From: Andalucia godoyi And28
Lineage: Eukaryota; Protista; Jakobida
Reading direction: 5' to 3'
Assembly (NCBI GenBank): GCA_009859145.1
Contig: VRVR01000057.1
Span: forward strand, 116,259 to 180,258
DNA length: 64,000 nt
The translations under genes were made by a program, and so were the position numbers. Numbering within the stretch: the first letter of the stretch is position 1; every line of letters starts with the position of its first letter. The notes beneath the pieces were generated by a model. The model made no database searches. It had not been told where the DNA came from and saw nothing but the letters and a program-made list of their open reading frames with translations. This document shows, one piece after another, positions 43,972 through 54,129 of this stretch.

Positions 43972-45726
43972 ATGGAAGGCAAGGCTGACGTTGACCGCAA
44001 GATCTCAGAGAGCCAGGCGTCGTATCTTTCGGACCTGAAGGCGATTTATGACGTGTCGTATGTGATTGACTCTGCTTCGGCGCTGCAGTGTTCGGACCTG
44101 TCTGACTCGGAAAAGGTGCGTGCGTACGAAGGCGTTGCGCTGTCTGCACTTCGGACGCTGGGCTCGTCGGGCGGCTCGCTACGTTCAATTCTGAACGACT
44201 CGGTGTATGCGCCGCTGTTCAAGGAGAAGTGTCAAAAGGTGGTTTTCAAGTACGACCACGAAGTTGCGACGGAGAATTCGGGGTCTTGCACAGTGCAGTT
44301 TTTCGGAGATGATGACGAGGACTCGACTCCGCGAATGGTGGTCTATTGGCTGCAAGGCGGGTTTGGGTATTCGTACACCTCTGTCGATCACATCATCCGG
44401 AACATTCTGTCATCGGAAATCAAAATGAAAAAGTTTGCAGAGGAGATCGTGCCTGCTGCGTCGGAGACCATCCAAAAGGCATTTGGACCGGGAAAGGCGT
44501 TCAAAATCGAGGTTGACACGAGATCCTTTGAGCGCGCAACTACCGATATGGACACGGCGATCCGCTACTTGACAGAGTGGAATGGTTACTACACCACTCA
44601 GAATCTGACCCGGGCAGTGTGCTCGATTGCGACGTACGAGGACGACAGAATTGTGGACGCCATTTCGGAGGATCTGAAGAAGGTGGTTTTCGCGCTGGAG
44701 CCAGGTACAGACACGGAGAAGAAGTCGTACGAAGTGGACGCAAAGCGCGGGAAGCTTACGCTCAAATTGGTCCTGGAGGCCGGGTCATCCAGCGGAATCT
44801 TTTCAGAAGAAGAGCTCAAGGCTGCCGTGATGGCCGCGGGTCTTGCAAAGCGTCCCGAACTGAGAATATTCCTTTTGGAAAGCGTTGTGTCCTCATATCG
44901 CGTGCGGTCGTGGGGCTATCTGAACGAGGTTGAAGATCTGCTTTGCAGGGGCGACTTGTTCTTCAAGGAGAATGCCGAGGAGCGGAAGGTGGTGGATTCA
45001 AAGGTCAAGTCCTCCGATCCTTCCGAGCGCGTTCTCAAAACATTTGACAAGATCATCAAAGCAAATGCAAAGGGAGACAAGGAGAAGCGACGGGTGGTCG
45101 TCACGAACAAGCACGTTGTTTCTTGTGAAATCAAAGGAGATTCCATCAAGGATTCAAATTGGAAGGTGTTTGATCTTTCATGGATCATTGCCATTGACAT
45201 CTGCGCGGTTCCCTCCAAGGTTCCCGGCCAGAGCGCTAGCTCGATGGTTCAGATCTCGTTCTCGCAAGCTCCAGAGAAGAAGAAGGGCCCGTCGCTGCCC
45301 GGAGTCAAGCTTCCGGGAGTCAAACTGCCCGGAATTCCGATGCCATCCATCAATGCGCCGTCCGTCAATCTGCCGTCCGTCAATCTGCCGTCCGTCAATC
45401 TGCCGTCCGTGAACCTGCCTTCTGTGGACCTCCCGACCATGGATCTTCCGGATCTCGGAATCAACTGGCGACGCAAGAAGGAGCCCAAGCCCAAGCGCTT
45501 CCATCCTGCGACCAAGTACGACTCCATTGCAAAGTACCAGCTTAACGTGTACCCGGACGGTCTCTCAACCGCGGAGGGAAACGCACTCATCGAAGAAATC
45601 GCGTGGTCCGTGTACGCTGCATACTCGGCCAACACCCACCGCGTCGACTACGCACCGTTCTATCTCCCAACAAAGACCGAGTACCCAGAGGGCACCACCA
45701 TCGAGGACAAGCGTCCTGCCGCGTAG
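43972..45726 (+). CDS. Uncharacterised protein: two degenerate N-terminal repeats, PH/TH1-like segment, (PSVNL)n repeats
   Basis: Long clean ORF; TFDKIIKANAKGDKEKRRVVVTNKHV resembles myosin TH1/PH-like strands; 15-nt tandem repeat at about 45358-45450. Confidence 0.7.
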   Translation: MEGKADVDRKISESQASYLSDLKAIYDVSYVIDSASALQCSDLSDSEKVRAYEGVALSALRTLGSSGGSLRSILNDSVYAPLFKEKCQKVVFKYDHEVATENSGSCTVQFFGDDDEDSTPRMVVYWLQGGFGYSYTSVDHIIRNILSSEIKMKKFAEEIVPAASETIQKAFGPGKAFKIEVDTRSFERATTDMDTAIRYLTEWNGYYTTQNLTRAVCSIATYEDDRIVDAISEDLKKVVFALEPGTDTEKKSYEVDAKRGKLTLKLVLEAGSSSGIFSEEELKAAVMAAGLAKRPELRIFLLESVVSSYRVRSWGYLNEVEDLLCRGDLFFKENAEERKVVDSKVKSSDPSERVLKTFDKIIKANAKGDKEKRRVVVTNKHVVSCEIKGDSIKDSNWKVFDLSWIIAIDICAVPSKVPGQSASSMVQISFSQAPEKKKGPSLPGVKLPGVKLPGIPMPSINAPSVNLPSVNLPSVNLPSVNLPSVDLPTMDLPDLGINWRRKKEPKPKRFHPATKYDSIAKYQLNVYPDGLSTAEGNALIEEIAWSVYAAYSANTHRVDYAPFYLPTKTEYPEGTTIEDKRPAA

Positions 45727-45791
45727 TAGTCTGTGCTGCCCCCTCCGGCATCTCGACTCTCCAATAAACCAATCCTTTTTATTACTGTATT

Positions 45792-45900
<109 letters not shown>

Positions 45901-46059
45901 GTCCTCGTCGTCTGGTGATAATGGCGAGCGTGAGCAAACAATGAGTCATCTTGTTCAACGACCGTTACTGAGACCCGTTCCGTTTGCTGATGCCGAGAAT
46001 GTGATGGAGGAGCCCGGTAGACAGCGAGTGGGAATGTCGCTGTCAGGGTCAGCGGATCG

Positions 46060-46325
46060 CTGCGCTTGTGCAATGTCAAGAGTACACGTCCAAAACGTGC
46101 GGGCGCTGCGGTGAGATCCATGCACGTCGAGGCGGAAGCAAAAAAGTGTTTGCATGTCCCGCGTGCAGCTCACCGATTGATCGAGATTGGGAACGGAGGG
46201 CGGAACATCTATCTGAAGAACGCCGTGAGGCGTGTTGGGGGCCTATCCCCTTCCCGGCAACGGGATGCAAGACTGAATATGCATGTCCATTCGTAGATAT
46301 GCATGTTCAGTGTACAATGTAGGCG
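46060..46325 (+). mobile_element. 3' fragment of Fanzor2/TnpB (zinc finger + RuvC-III + omegaRNA right end), subfamily A, copy 2
   Basis: QEYTSKTCGRCG...GGSKKVFACPAC..IDRDW then +1 shift to NGGRNIYLKN, the canonical TnpB C-terminus. Right end at 46323; 5' limit uncertain. Confidence 0.88.
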
Positions 46326-46658
46326 TGAGGAAATCGTACTTGTCCATTTGCGCATCCCGCAGGACGCAGGACATTCTTTTTACCCCGTTCTTGATTCCGC
46401 ACTGATGTGTGATGACTGATGTGAATGTAGGCGCTGCACGAGCAGTCCGTGTTCCTCAAAACGTTGTCAAGTGCCAGACATCAAAAAAGCTGTCCGTGCA
46501 TTTCCTCCCCCTCAAAGACAGATCATGAAACTGTTCGACCTCACATTGCGCCGTCGTCCTGTTGTCTTTTTCTTTTTCTTCTTGCTGCAGCTGCAGTTAT
46601 CGTTGCAGTCGTTCTTACCCAGTGATAGGTAATTGCATTCTCATCAGTGTTTAAAAAA

Positions 46659-47336
46659 ATGGCTCTTCATGATGCGTGTATTTGTGGAGACGTCGCACGA
46701 GTGCAGTCGCTTCTGGATTCTGGATGGGACGCATCACAAGTTGATTACGAATGGGAAGGCAAGACTGCTCTTCACGTAACTGCAATGGGCCAGAACGATG
46801 CAGCAGCGGCCGAGATCGTCAGGCTTCTCGTTGCAAAAGGAGTGAGTGTCAATGCAAAGAAGGCTGGATCGACGCCGTTGTACTATGCATGCGATAACGG
46901 CCTGAAGCTGACTGCGCAGGCACTGCTGGAGCTGGGCGCGGATCCGAATACGTCCAATGGCGACGAAGGAGAAACGCCGCTGTGCAAAGCGTGTTCGGAA
47001 GGCCACATGGAGCTGGTGGATGTGCTGTTGCAGGCCGGTGCGAACGTCAATCTTCCTGACAAAGCCGACCAGTCCCCGCTGATCTACGCCGTGCACGGAC
47101 GCCCCAAGCTTGCCGTCATGAAGAGGTTGATCGAGCACGGAGCCGATGTCAATCTTGGAGACTACGCAACTCCCTTGGGCTGGGCCATTGATGCAAAGTC
47201 CATCAATGCAGCTATATTGTTGCTGGACGCTGGAGCAGATCCTGCAAAGTCATGCGAACTCTTTGGAACTCCGTTGGAGCAGTGCCCCAACCCCGAAAGC
47301 GAGTTCCACCAGCTCATCTTGTCTCGACTGCAGTGA
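46659..47336 (+). CDS. Ankyrin-repeat protein
   Basis: GKTALH, GSTPLYYAC, GETPLCKAC, QSPLIYA, ATPLGWA; LL..GADPN/GANVN repeats. Confidence 0.92.
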   Translation: MALHDACICGDVARVQSLLDSGWDASQVDYEWEGKTALHVTAMGQNDAAAAEIVRLLVAKGVSVNAKKAGSTPLYYACDNGLKLTAQALLELGADPNTSNGDEGETPLCKACSEGHMELVDVLLQAGANVNLPDKADQSPLIYAVHGRPKLAVMKRLIEHGADVNLGDYATPLGWAIDAKSINAAILLLDAGADPAKSCELFGTPLEQCPNPESEFHQLILSRLQ

Positions 47337-47418
47337 GCGTTAATCATGATAATCACCATCATCATCAGCATCATCTTCTTCTTTTTTCGCCATCGCCATC
47401 GCCATCTCCTCTCTTTTA

Positions 47419-50136
47419 TCAAGAGTCCTTTCTGGTTGTTCTGCACATAAAGGAGATAATTTCCTTCTTTGCAGCGTTTTTCAGCTGGCTGCTTCCAAAT
47501 TCCAGTAAATCATCTTTCGTCTGTTCGTCCTCCATGAATTCGTCAAACCACCCAAGACTCATGACCATTTCTACGGTTTCCGGAGCGAAGAACGCCAGCT
47601 GCTGAAAGTCCATCTTCAGTCCTTTCTCGCGCTCCTTCAAAAATTCCAGCAGCAAGTCAAGACAAACAGCCCGGATTTTGGGTACCAACACATCACACTC
47701 GTTCTGCTTGCAGAATTTCACAGCGTCCCGAATGAATGGGGCCAAGAACAGGGCTGTCGCAAGGTGGTTTGAGGCAGACGAGTATCGCAGCAGGCACAGA
47801 CTGCAGTAATACATTGCCGTAGGACTTTTCCAGTGCGATATCAGCAGATTGCGGAGAAGCGTCAACATTCCACCGAGATCGAGTACTTGGGCACGAAATT
47901 TGGACCCGTGAGCAGTGAGTTTGAACAGTATGCTCGAGACACTGATTGCACAAGCAAGAGTAAGATCAGCGTCATGCAGCCGGCCGAGTTCCTTGACGAC
48001 CGTCAGCGTGCCGGCATCGATTAGAAACTGGTGGAACGCCTCTTCCTGGTCCTGCTCCGTACACCTATCCAGAAACTGCAAGACAGCGCCAAATATTGAT
48101 GCACGCTCCGCCGGGCTCGACGCAGTATTCGAAAGCGTCCACTGGCAGACGCTGGACAAGACAAAAAATGGCGGCCGGAGCTCGGTTTGTGAGCAGTACA
48201 GGTTCTGAAGCATGCAGACACAGTTCACAATCAATACGTCGTTGGTCCGTGCAACCCGCGACACCCAGTCGCAGACGTCGCTCGTGAAAGAATGACTTCG
48301 ACAGAACACTCGGAACCGCGGACTGAAGCGAGTCAGACTCTCCATCCATGTGATGATATGGCCTCCCCTGCCTTCGTCTCGCGAGCAAACGCCGAACGCG
48401 TGCACCACGAGGTCTTGGATCCGAATTGCGTCGCTGTCGGACGCATCGATGACGAGCTCTGGAAAACGTTCAGAAATTGAATGCAACATTCCAGCAACAT
48501 TCTTGCAGGATGGAGCGCTCGAAAACACGTGGGGAGGAAGCGACAGCACAACACGGAACAAGTCTGCACATGCTTCACGAGAGAGTGCGTGCCCCAGAAC
48601 CCAAAGACCACCGGTCGAAACCCTGAGGCAGCTGTCGTCGAGTTGATGGACCAGCAGCGAACGGATCAACGAGTCCACAAGCTTCGGTCTGCTGCTCACG
48701 TGGTGCAGTGCACCAGAGGATTTTGTGCAGACTTCGTACATGAACAGACATACTCTCGAAAGCACCTCCGCAGAGTCAGCAAACAAGCAAAGAGTCTTTT
48801 CAATGATGTGTGCAATTTCCGGTGATATCCGAGAAATTTCAAGGCTTCCAAAATGCTCACGATGCCGATGGATGCACAGTATGGTTGCCGACACGGCTGC
48901 GGCATCCACATCGGGTTGGCTCACAAATACACCCAGAAACCTGATGGATGCTTTCGCAAGAACCACGCTTGTCCAGCCCATCGTTTGTGCGAGGTCCAAG
49001 CCACAGAGCACCGCGGATGCATCGCAACGGTCTACCGATTGCGCGCTCAACACTTGTGCAATGCAAGACGATCCAACCTCCGCATCGAGGGCTCCAGACC
49101 TCCAGGTGTTTGTGTCCTTGCTGTTCGTGGCTAGCTCACAAGCAGTCGCCACGAGGTTTCCGCAATGTGGAAACTCGTGCAGAAGGACAGCAAACGCATC
49201 AGCCGAAATGCTCGTTTCTCCGCTGAGTTTTTGCATCCATTCTTGCAGCAGGAACTCGTCACTGTATGCATGCAACGAGTCGCAGTCGTGATCGTGGTCG
49301 AGGTCATTGTCCTCCTCCTCCTCATCATCATCAGCACAGTGGTGGAGGTGATGGTGATCACTATGGTGTCGCTGCGGTAAGAATGAAGCAGCGTACATCT
49401 TGTCGACGAGATCCATCGCCCACGATTCGGCACGGACCTTCCTGCTCCACGTGAAGGGCAGCTCGCCTTCCTCGATCCACCGCGGCAGCTTTGCAACAGG
49501 AACATTTGAAAATGGAGCCACGCCAGACGCGATCCACCCAACGATGCACGCAATTCGCTGCAATGGATGCAACAGAAAGCGCCAAAAAGACCCTGTCTCG
49601 CCCTTGCCATCGCCCTCACCCTCGCCCTCGGACCTCTTCTCATCGGATCCAGCTGCAGCCCTTGAAGCAACAAACGGGACGTACTTGCATATGCCGTTCT
49701 GAATCACCAAGCGATCCGTCGTTATGCTCTGTGCGGCGTCTATGCAGTGGCAAATGACAAATACACTTGTGATCGTCAACAGCGGATTCTCCAACGGCGC
49801 CTTGCGATGCTCGGCTGACCTTGCCATCAGCTTCCCGATCCCACCGTCCGGGACCAATGGATACACCAACATGACAGGCGGTCCACCGCCACAATCATCA
49901 TTAACATGGGCAACTGTATTATCAGAAAGTGAATCTTGGACGATCCCGAGCGGACGGAGCACCCAAGGAAGCCGCAGCATCCAGCCCGTGCGATTGTAAC
50001 AAACAGTCGTAGTAGTCCTCCGTCGGTCCACGCTGCACGGCACAACAAACATCGGCGCCGTGTCCAGATCGTATATCGGAAACCCGTGTTCTGAACGCGA
50101 CACGAACCGCAACCTCGACCCGCATATGACATTCAT
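47419..50136 (-). CDS. Large hypothetical protein; armadillo-like helical C-terminal half, possibly degenerate kinase-like N-terminus
   Basis: 905-aa open frame with helical Leu/Cys-rich repeats; VMLVYPLVPDGG weakly resembles kinase subdomain V. Confidence 0.55.
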   Translation of the reverse strand: MNVICGSRLRFVSRSEHGFPIYDLDTAPMFVVPCSVDRRRTTTTVCYNRTGWMLRLPWVLRPLGIVQDSLSDNTVAHVNDDCGGGPPVMLVYPLVPDGGIGKLMARSAEHRKAPLENPLLTITSVFVICHCIDAAQSITTDRLVIQNGICKYVPFVASRAAAGSDEKRSEGEGEGDGKGETGSFWRFLLHPLQRIACIVGWIASGVAPFSNVPVAKLPRWIEEGELPFTWSRKVRAESWAMDLVDKMYAASFLPQRHHSDHHHLHHCADDDEEEEDNDLDHDHDCDSLHAYSDEFLLQEWMQKLSGETSISADAFAVLLHEFPHCGNLVATACELATNSKDTNTWRSGALDAEVGSSCIAQVLSAQSVDRCDASAVLCGLDLAQTMGWTSVVLAKASIRFLGVFVSQPDVDAAAVSATILCIHRHREHFGSLEISRISPEIAHIIEKTLCLFADSAEVLSRVCLFMYEVCTKSSGALHHVSSRPKLVDSLIRSLLVHQLDDSCLRVSTGGLWVLGHALSREACADLFRVVLSLPPHVFSSAPSCKNVAGMLHSISERFPELVIDASDSDAIRIQDLVVHAFGVCSRDEGRGGHIITWMESLTRFSPRFRVFCRSHSFTSDVCDWVSRVARTNDVLIVNCVCMLQNLYCSQTELRPPFFVLSSVCQWTLSNTASSPAERASIFGAVLQFLDRCTEQDQEEAFHQFLIDAGTLTVVKELGRLHDADLTLACAISVSSILFKLTAHGSKFRAQVLDLGGMLTLLRNLLISHWKSPTAMYYCSLCLLRYSSASNHLATALFLAPFIRDAVKFCKQNECDVLVPKIRAVCLDLLLEFLKEREKGLKMDFQQLAFFAPETVEMVMSLGWFDEFMEDEQTKDDLLEFGSSQLKNAAKKEIISFMCRTTRKDS

Positions 50137-50435
50137 CGACGGACACCACGACCCCGCCCTCTCCTTGCTCTGCTCTCTATGCTACTATGCTGTGCATGCA
50201 GTTGCTTTGGTGGTTCTGTGCTCGAATGAAATGCACAGTTCGGAGATTTTTGTCGGGGAGATTTGTTTCCACGTTTTTCCGCTTGAGCCTTGACGGACGC
50301 GTGATGCTTCTCGGGCTGGGATCGAGGCCTTTGTTTCAGCCGTTGCGACGATTTTGGGATCGTTTTTCCGAACCAAAATCAACACAAACGAGTTACGGTT
50401 ACCGAGTGCATAGGACACGGAGCGCGGTCGACGAG

Positions 50436-52907
50436 ATGGAACCCGACGAAGAGCTTCCTTTTGACGTGGACAAGCTTGCGCGAGCGATTTTCCGAGAATA
50501 CATTGCGCGTCACAAGTACACAAAGACCAAGGATGCATTTGACATTGACGTCGTATGTCGTTTTTTTCCCCCCCTATACATCAGTAATCAATTCCGATGT
50601 TCTTCTTTTTCTCTTCCTTTTTTGCCTCCTCCTTCTTTAATTCTTGGTATTAATTGTGGCGAGTTGGATGGTTGCTTACGGTGCGGTGTGGTGTGCAATG
50701 CAATGGGATGTGGATGTGTGGAGCAGCCGAGGTCGAAGGATGACTTGAGCAGTCGGGCGGAGATGTGCCAGTTGCTGGACATTGAAGCCGAGTTTGAAGC
50801 CAAGAAGAAGAAACACGGAAAGGACATGCCGTCGTGCTTGGAGATCCTATCCGAGAAGATCATCCGCAACATCCTGAAGTCCGAGCAGGATGCCTTGATA
50901 CAGGAGCAGAGGGCAGAGGTGGAGGCCAAGAAGAAGGCCACTGCTGCATCGGTTCCGGTTCCGGTGCCAGCATCTGTGCCTGTGCCAGTTGCGGTGCCAG
51001 TTACGGCTGGGAATGCGACAGCCGGTGGGCCGGGGGCCGCGCTGCAGAAGAAGCAACTTCGGCGCGAGGACTTTTTGTGCATGCGCAAGCGATCCGAGAC
51101 GATCATGCGGCGAGATGGTGACATTGCAGGACAGCAGTTCGTCATTGACGATGTGGAGGACTGCAGGATTTGTCTGCTGGATTACTCAGCGCAGATCAGC
51201 GTGGACTTTGCAAAGAACTGCGAGATCATTATTGGGCCGTGTGAAGGATCGGTGTTCTTGCGCGACTGCGAAAACTGCACGTTTGCAATCGCGACGCGGC
51301 AGTTTCGATGCCGGGACTGCGTGAACTGCACCGTCTTTTTGTATTGCGCTACGGAGCCCATTATTGAGACATCAACAGGACTGAAGTTTGCTCCGTGGAA
51401 TGCGGCATACAAGCACCAAGGGGTGCATTTTGAAAGAGCCGGACTCGACCCAGGTGCCAGTCAATGGGACAGAATTTTCGACTTCAACAAGGACCAGGAC
51501 GTCAAAGGCACGCTTACGCATTGGGCCAAACTCGGCACTGACGATTTCAAGGTGTTTGAGTTCGACTATGGCGAGAACGTTGTCAAAGGCGGAATCACGC
51601 TCGATATGATCAACTCGGCAGAGGATGGTCTTGGGGTGGACGAGGAGGATATGGACGTTGGTGACCTTGCAGAGGAGGAAAACCTCCCGCTTCCGGACAA
51701 CGAATCGAAGCAATCTGCGGTAACCCTGGACGTGTTCTTCCAGAATGGCAATGCACAGAGCGTCGCAGATGCGGATCGTGCGCGGAAGGACACCAACAAG
51801 AACGAGAGCGAGCCTGCCGTTGCAGCGGTGCTGGAGGAGGACATTCTGGAAGTCGAGGATATCGACGAGGATGACCTTGACAATTCTCTGCCGCTTCCAG
51901 AGGACTCCGGTCTTCGACAGCAGCGAAGGATTGATCGATTTGAAAGCCACGCATTGAAACAACTCATCTTTGGACCCCAATCCAGACTGGTTCCGGATGC
52001 ATGGACACATCAAAAATTGACGGAGTTTGTTAAGCCTGTTGGAAGCATTGGAAACTGGGCGATCAATCAGGAGGAGGGAGGCCCGTGCGGAATTCTTGCT
52101 GCTGTCCAGGCGTTCGTGTTGCGAGAACTGCTGTTTGGATCGAAAAGAACGCAGCTCACGAAGGTGTCTGCTGCAGACGCGAGAAAGGCTCTTGTCAGCG
52201 CCCTTGCGTTCATTCTCGATCAGATCCGAGAATCGTCGCTCTCCTCCTCGTTTCATGTGGTGCAAGGCCGGGGTGCTGACTTCGCAGCCTATTCTGTGTT
52301 CTCGTTCTCCTCGCTGAAGGATGTTGTGGACTTTCTGGCTGCGGCACCGGATATCTGGGCACTCGAGTTTCTTCTCAGCATGATTTTGACGCGCGGCGGA
52401 CCGGACGTCATCAAGAAGGAGGACTTTGATGACCCGGGTGCCACGTTGATCGGATCGCATTCGTACGGTACTCAAGAGCTCGTCAACCTGGTACTGTTCG
52501 GTCGCGCACATTCGCAGGTTTTTGATGGTCAGGACGACTCTCACGGAATCATGCTTCGGGGATGTCCCATTCGCTCTGAAATCGGCTTTCTGACGCTACT
52601 GGAGTACTATCAGAATGTCCAAGTGGGATCCAATCTGAAGAACCCGAAACTTCCCATCTGGGTGATCTGCTCGGAGTCGCATTATTCCGTGTGCTGGTCG
52701 CATAGTGCTAAGTCTGCGGAGGCTGTTTTGGAAGAGGACGAGTTGTGGTACTATGATGGTCTTGCTCGCATGACAGAGCTTGTCCACTGGACTGTGAAAG
52801 CGAACAGCACATTTGACGGGGAATCGGATTCTCCTCTTGAAAACGTTCTCCGGACCCGGTGGACCGCAGCTGAAGTGGATTGGAACGGTGCTGATCGAAT
52901 TCTGTAA
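50436..52907 (+). CDS. MINDY4-like deubiquitinase with internal RP2/TBCC domain; exons 50436-50552 and 50727-52907
   Basis: N-terminus FREYIARHKYTKT...PRS resembles MINDY4. TBCC beta-helix QQFVIDDVEDC...GPCEGSVFLRDC...RQFRCRDC. MINDY catalytic QEEGGPCGILAAVQA and SESHYSV. Confidence 0.87.
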   Translation: MEPDEELPFDVDKLARAIFREYIARHKYTKTKDAFDIDVVCRFFPPLYISNQFRCSSFSLPFLPPPSLILGINCGELDGCLRCGVVCNAMGCGCVEQPRSKDDLSSRAEMCQLLDIEAEFEAKKKKHGKDMPSCLEILSEKIIRNILKSEQDALIQEQRAEVEAKKKATAASVPVPVPASVPVPVAVPVTAGNATAGGPGAALQKKQLRREDFLCMRKRSETIMRRDGDIAGQQFVIDDVEDCRICLLDYSAQISVDFAKNCEIIIGPCEGSVFLRDCENCTFAIATRQFRCRDCVNCTVFLYCATEPIIETSTGLKFAPWNAAYKHQGVHFERAGLDPGASQWDRIFDFNKDQDVKGTLTHWAKLGTDDFKVFEFDYGENVVKGGITLDMINSAEDGLGVDEEDMDVGDLAEEENLPLPDNESKQSAVTLDVFFQNGNAQSVADADRARKDTNKNESEPAVAAVLEEDILEVEDIDEDDLDNSLPLPEDSGLRQQRRIDRFESHALKQLIFGPQSRLVPDAWTHQKLTEFVKPVGSIGNWAINQEEGGPCGILAAVQAFVLRELLFGSKRTQLTKVSAADARKALVSALAFILDQIRESSLSSSFHVVQGRGADFAAYSVFSFSSLKDVVDFLAAAPDIWALEFLLSMILTRGGPDVIKKEDFDDPGATLIGSHSYGTQELVNLVLFGRAHSQVFDGQDDSHGIMLRGCPIRSEIGFLTLLEYYQNVQVGSNLKNPKLPIWVICSESHYSVCWSHSAKSAEAVLEEDELWYYDGLARMTELVHWTVKANSTFDGESDSPLENVLRTRWTAAEVDWNGADRIL
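50553..50726 (+). other. Spliceosomal intron (174 nt, in frame)
   Basis: GTATGT donor, T-rich interior, CAG acceptor; removal gives DIDV-PRSKDD, restoring the MINDY4-like N-terminus. Confidence 0.75.
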
Positions 52908-53094
52908 GAATCATCATTATCATTATCATCATCATCATCATCATCAGCATCAGCAGCATGCATGCATGCATGTGATGCATTCCTGCATGGGACCTGCAAA
53001 CGTATTTACAAAAGAGCAACAACAAGAGGTACTAATAAATTGGAACAGTCTCCAACAGGGAGATAAGACAGAACGCACTTGGAAGGACACAGAT

Positions 53095-53919
53095 TTATAA
53101 TTGGGGTACTGCAGTGTATCCCTCTGCCAACTTCACGGCGGGAACACCCGGCTGGCTGGAATTGGCAACGACCTGCGCCAATTGGACCAGGCTCGCAACG
53201 ACGGCGGCCGGATCCACGTACTGCGAAGTGTGCTGCAGCAGCGCCTTTTGCTTTGCAGCCATCGACAGATCGTCCAAGGAAATCAGCAACGGAGCATCAT
53301 GAAAGCCAAACAACCAGACCATAGGCACAACATGCGGGATAACGCCAAGTTCTTGCAAGTCTGGAAGCGCCCTCCAGTCTCTTGCTAAAGGATAGACAGC
53401 ATCTAGGGTTCTTGCACCCACGGTAACGTGATCGCGGTGGATCACTCCGTACTGAAAGGCTTGAAAATCCATGTACGGGTTGAATGTAAGAACCAAGTCC
53501 GGTCGGAACTCCCGGATCTGAATTGCAATCGCGCGTTTGACATCCATCGGAGGAACCGCATCCAGAGCGCCGTCTGGAAATCGCAGAAAACGGACGGAAT
53601 CGACTCCCAAAACATCGGCTGCATTAGTTTGCTCTTGCTCTCGCATCGCCGCGACAGCTCCTGGACTAGTGGTCACATCTTTTCCATACCCATGCTCTCC
53701 CGAAGTAGCCAATACGTACCGCACAAGCGTCCCTTGCTTCACCAGTTGGAAAACAAGTCCGCCGCAGATCGTCTCGATGTCGTCGGGATGCGCTGCAACG
53801 ACGAGAGTTCGATTCGACGATGGCACCGAAACAGTCGTCGCACACACACGGAACGGGACTGTGCTTCCCAGAGCAATTGCAACGGTCGCAATCAGCAGCA
53901 GGAACGCATCGTACTTCAT
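53095..53919 (-). CDS. Secreted PIG-L/LmbE-family N-acetyl-hexosamine deacetylase
   Basis: Signal peptide; VVAAHPDDIE, ATSGEHG, REQEQTNAADVLG, LRFPDGAL, HRDH. Confidence 0.9.
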   Translation of the reverse strand: MKYDAFLLLIATVAIALGSTVPFRVCATTVSVPSSNRTLVVAAHPDDIETICGGLVFQLVKQGTLVRYVLATSGEHGYGKDVTTSPGAVAAMREQEQTNAADVLGVDSVRFLRFPDGALDAVPPMDVKRAIAIQIREFRPDLVLTFNPYMDFQAFQYGVIHRDHVTVGARTLDAVYPLARDWRALPDLQELGVIPHVVPMVWLFGFHDAPLLISLDDLSMAAKQKALLQHTSQYVDPAAVVASLVQLAQVVANSSQPGVPAVKLAEGYTAVPQL

Positions 53920-54129
53920 TCTCTTTTACGGACTACCATACACAATAACCACACAAGCCTCCTAAGCTTCAACGTTCCGAGTTTCGAGTTCCCGACCCTC
54001 CTTCAATCGTCACCACGCATCATCAACAGCACATCAGTCATCACACATCAGTGCGGACTCAAGAACGGGGTAAAAAGAATGTCCTGCGTCCTGCGGGATG
54101 CGCAAATGGACAAGTACGGTTTCCTCACG

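Noticed and set aside
46400-46423. TGATGA/CTGA box C/D-like words in the shared 100-bp flank
   Set aside because: Boxes are adjacent, with no snoRNA-like spacing or terminal stem.
51372-52544. Long antisense ORFs (also 9224-9814+, 31145-31921+, 13040-13615-, 28673-29389+, 54568-54909+)
   Set aside because: Each overlaps a well-supported gene on the other strand or frame and shows no family motif.
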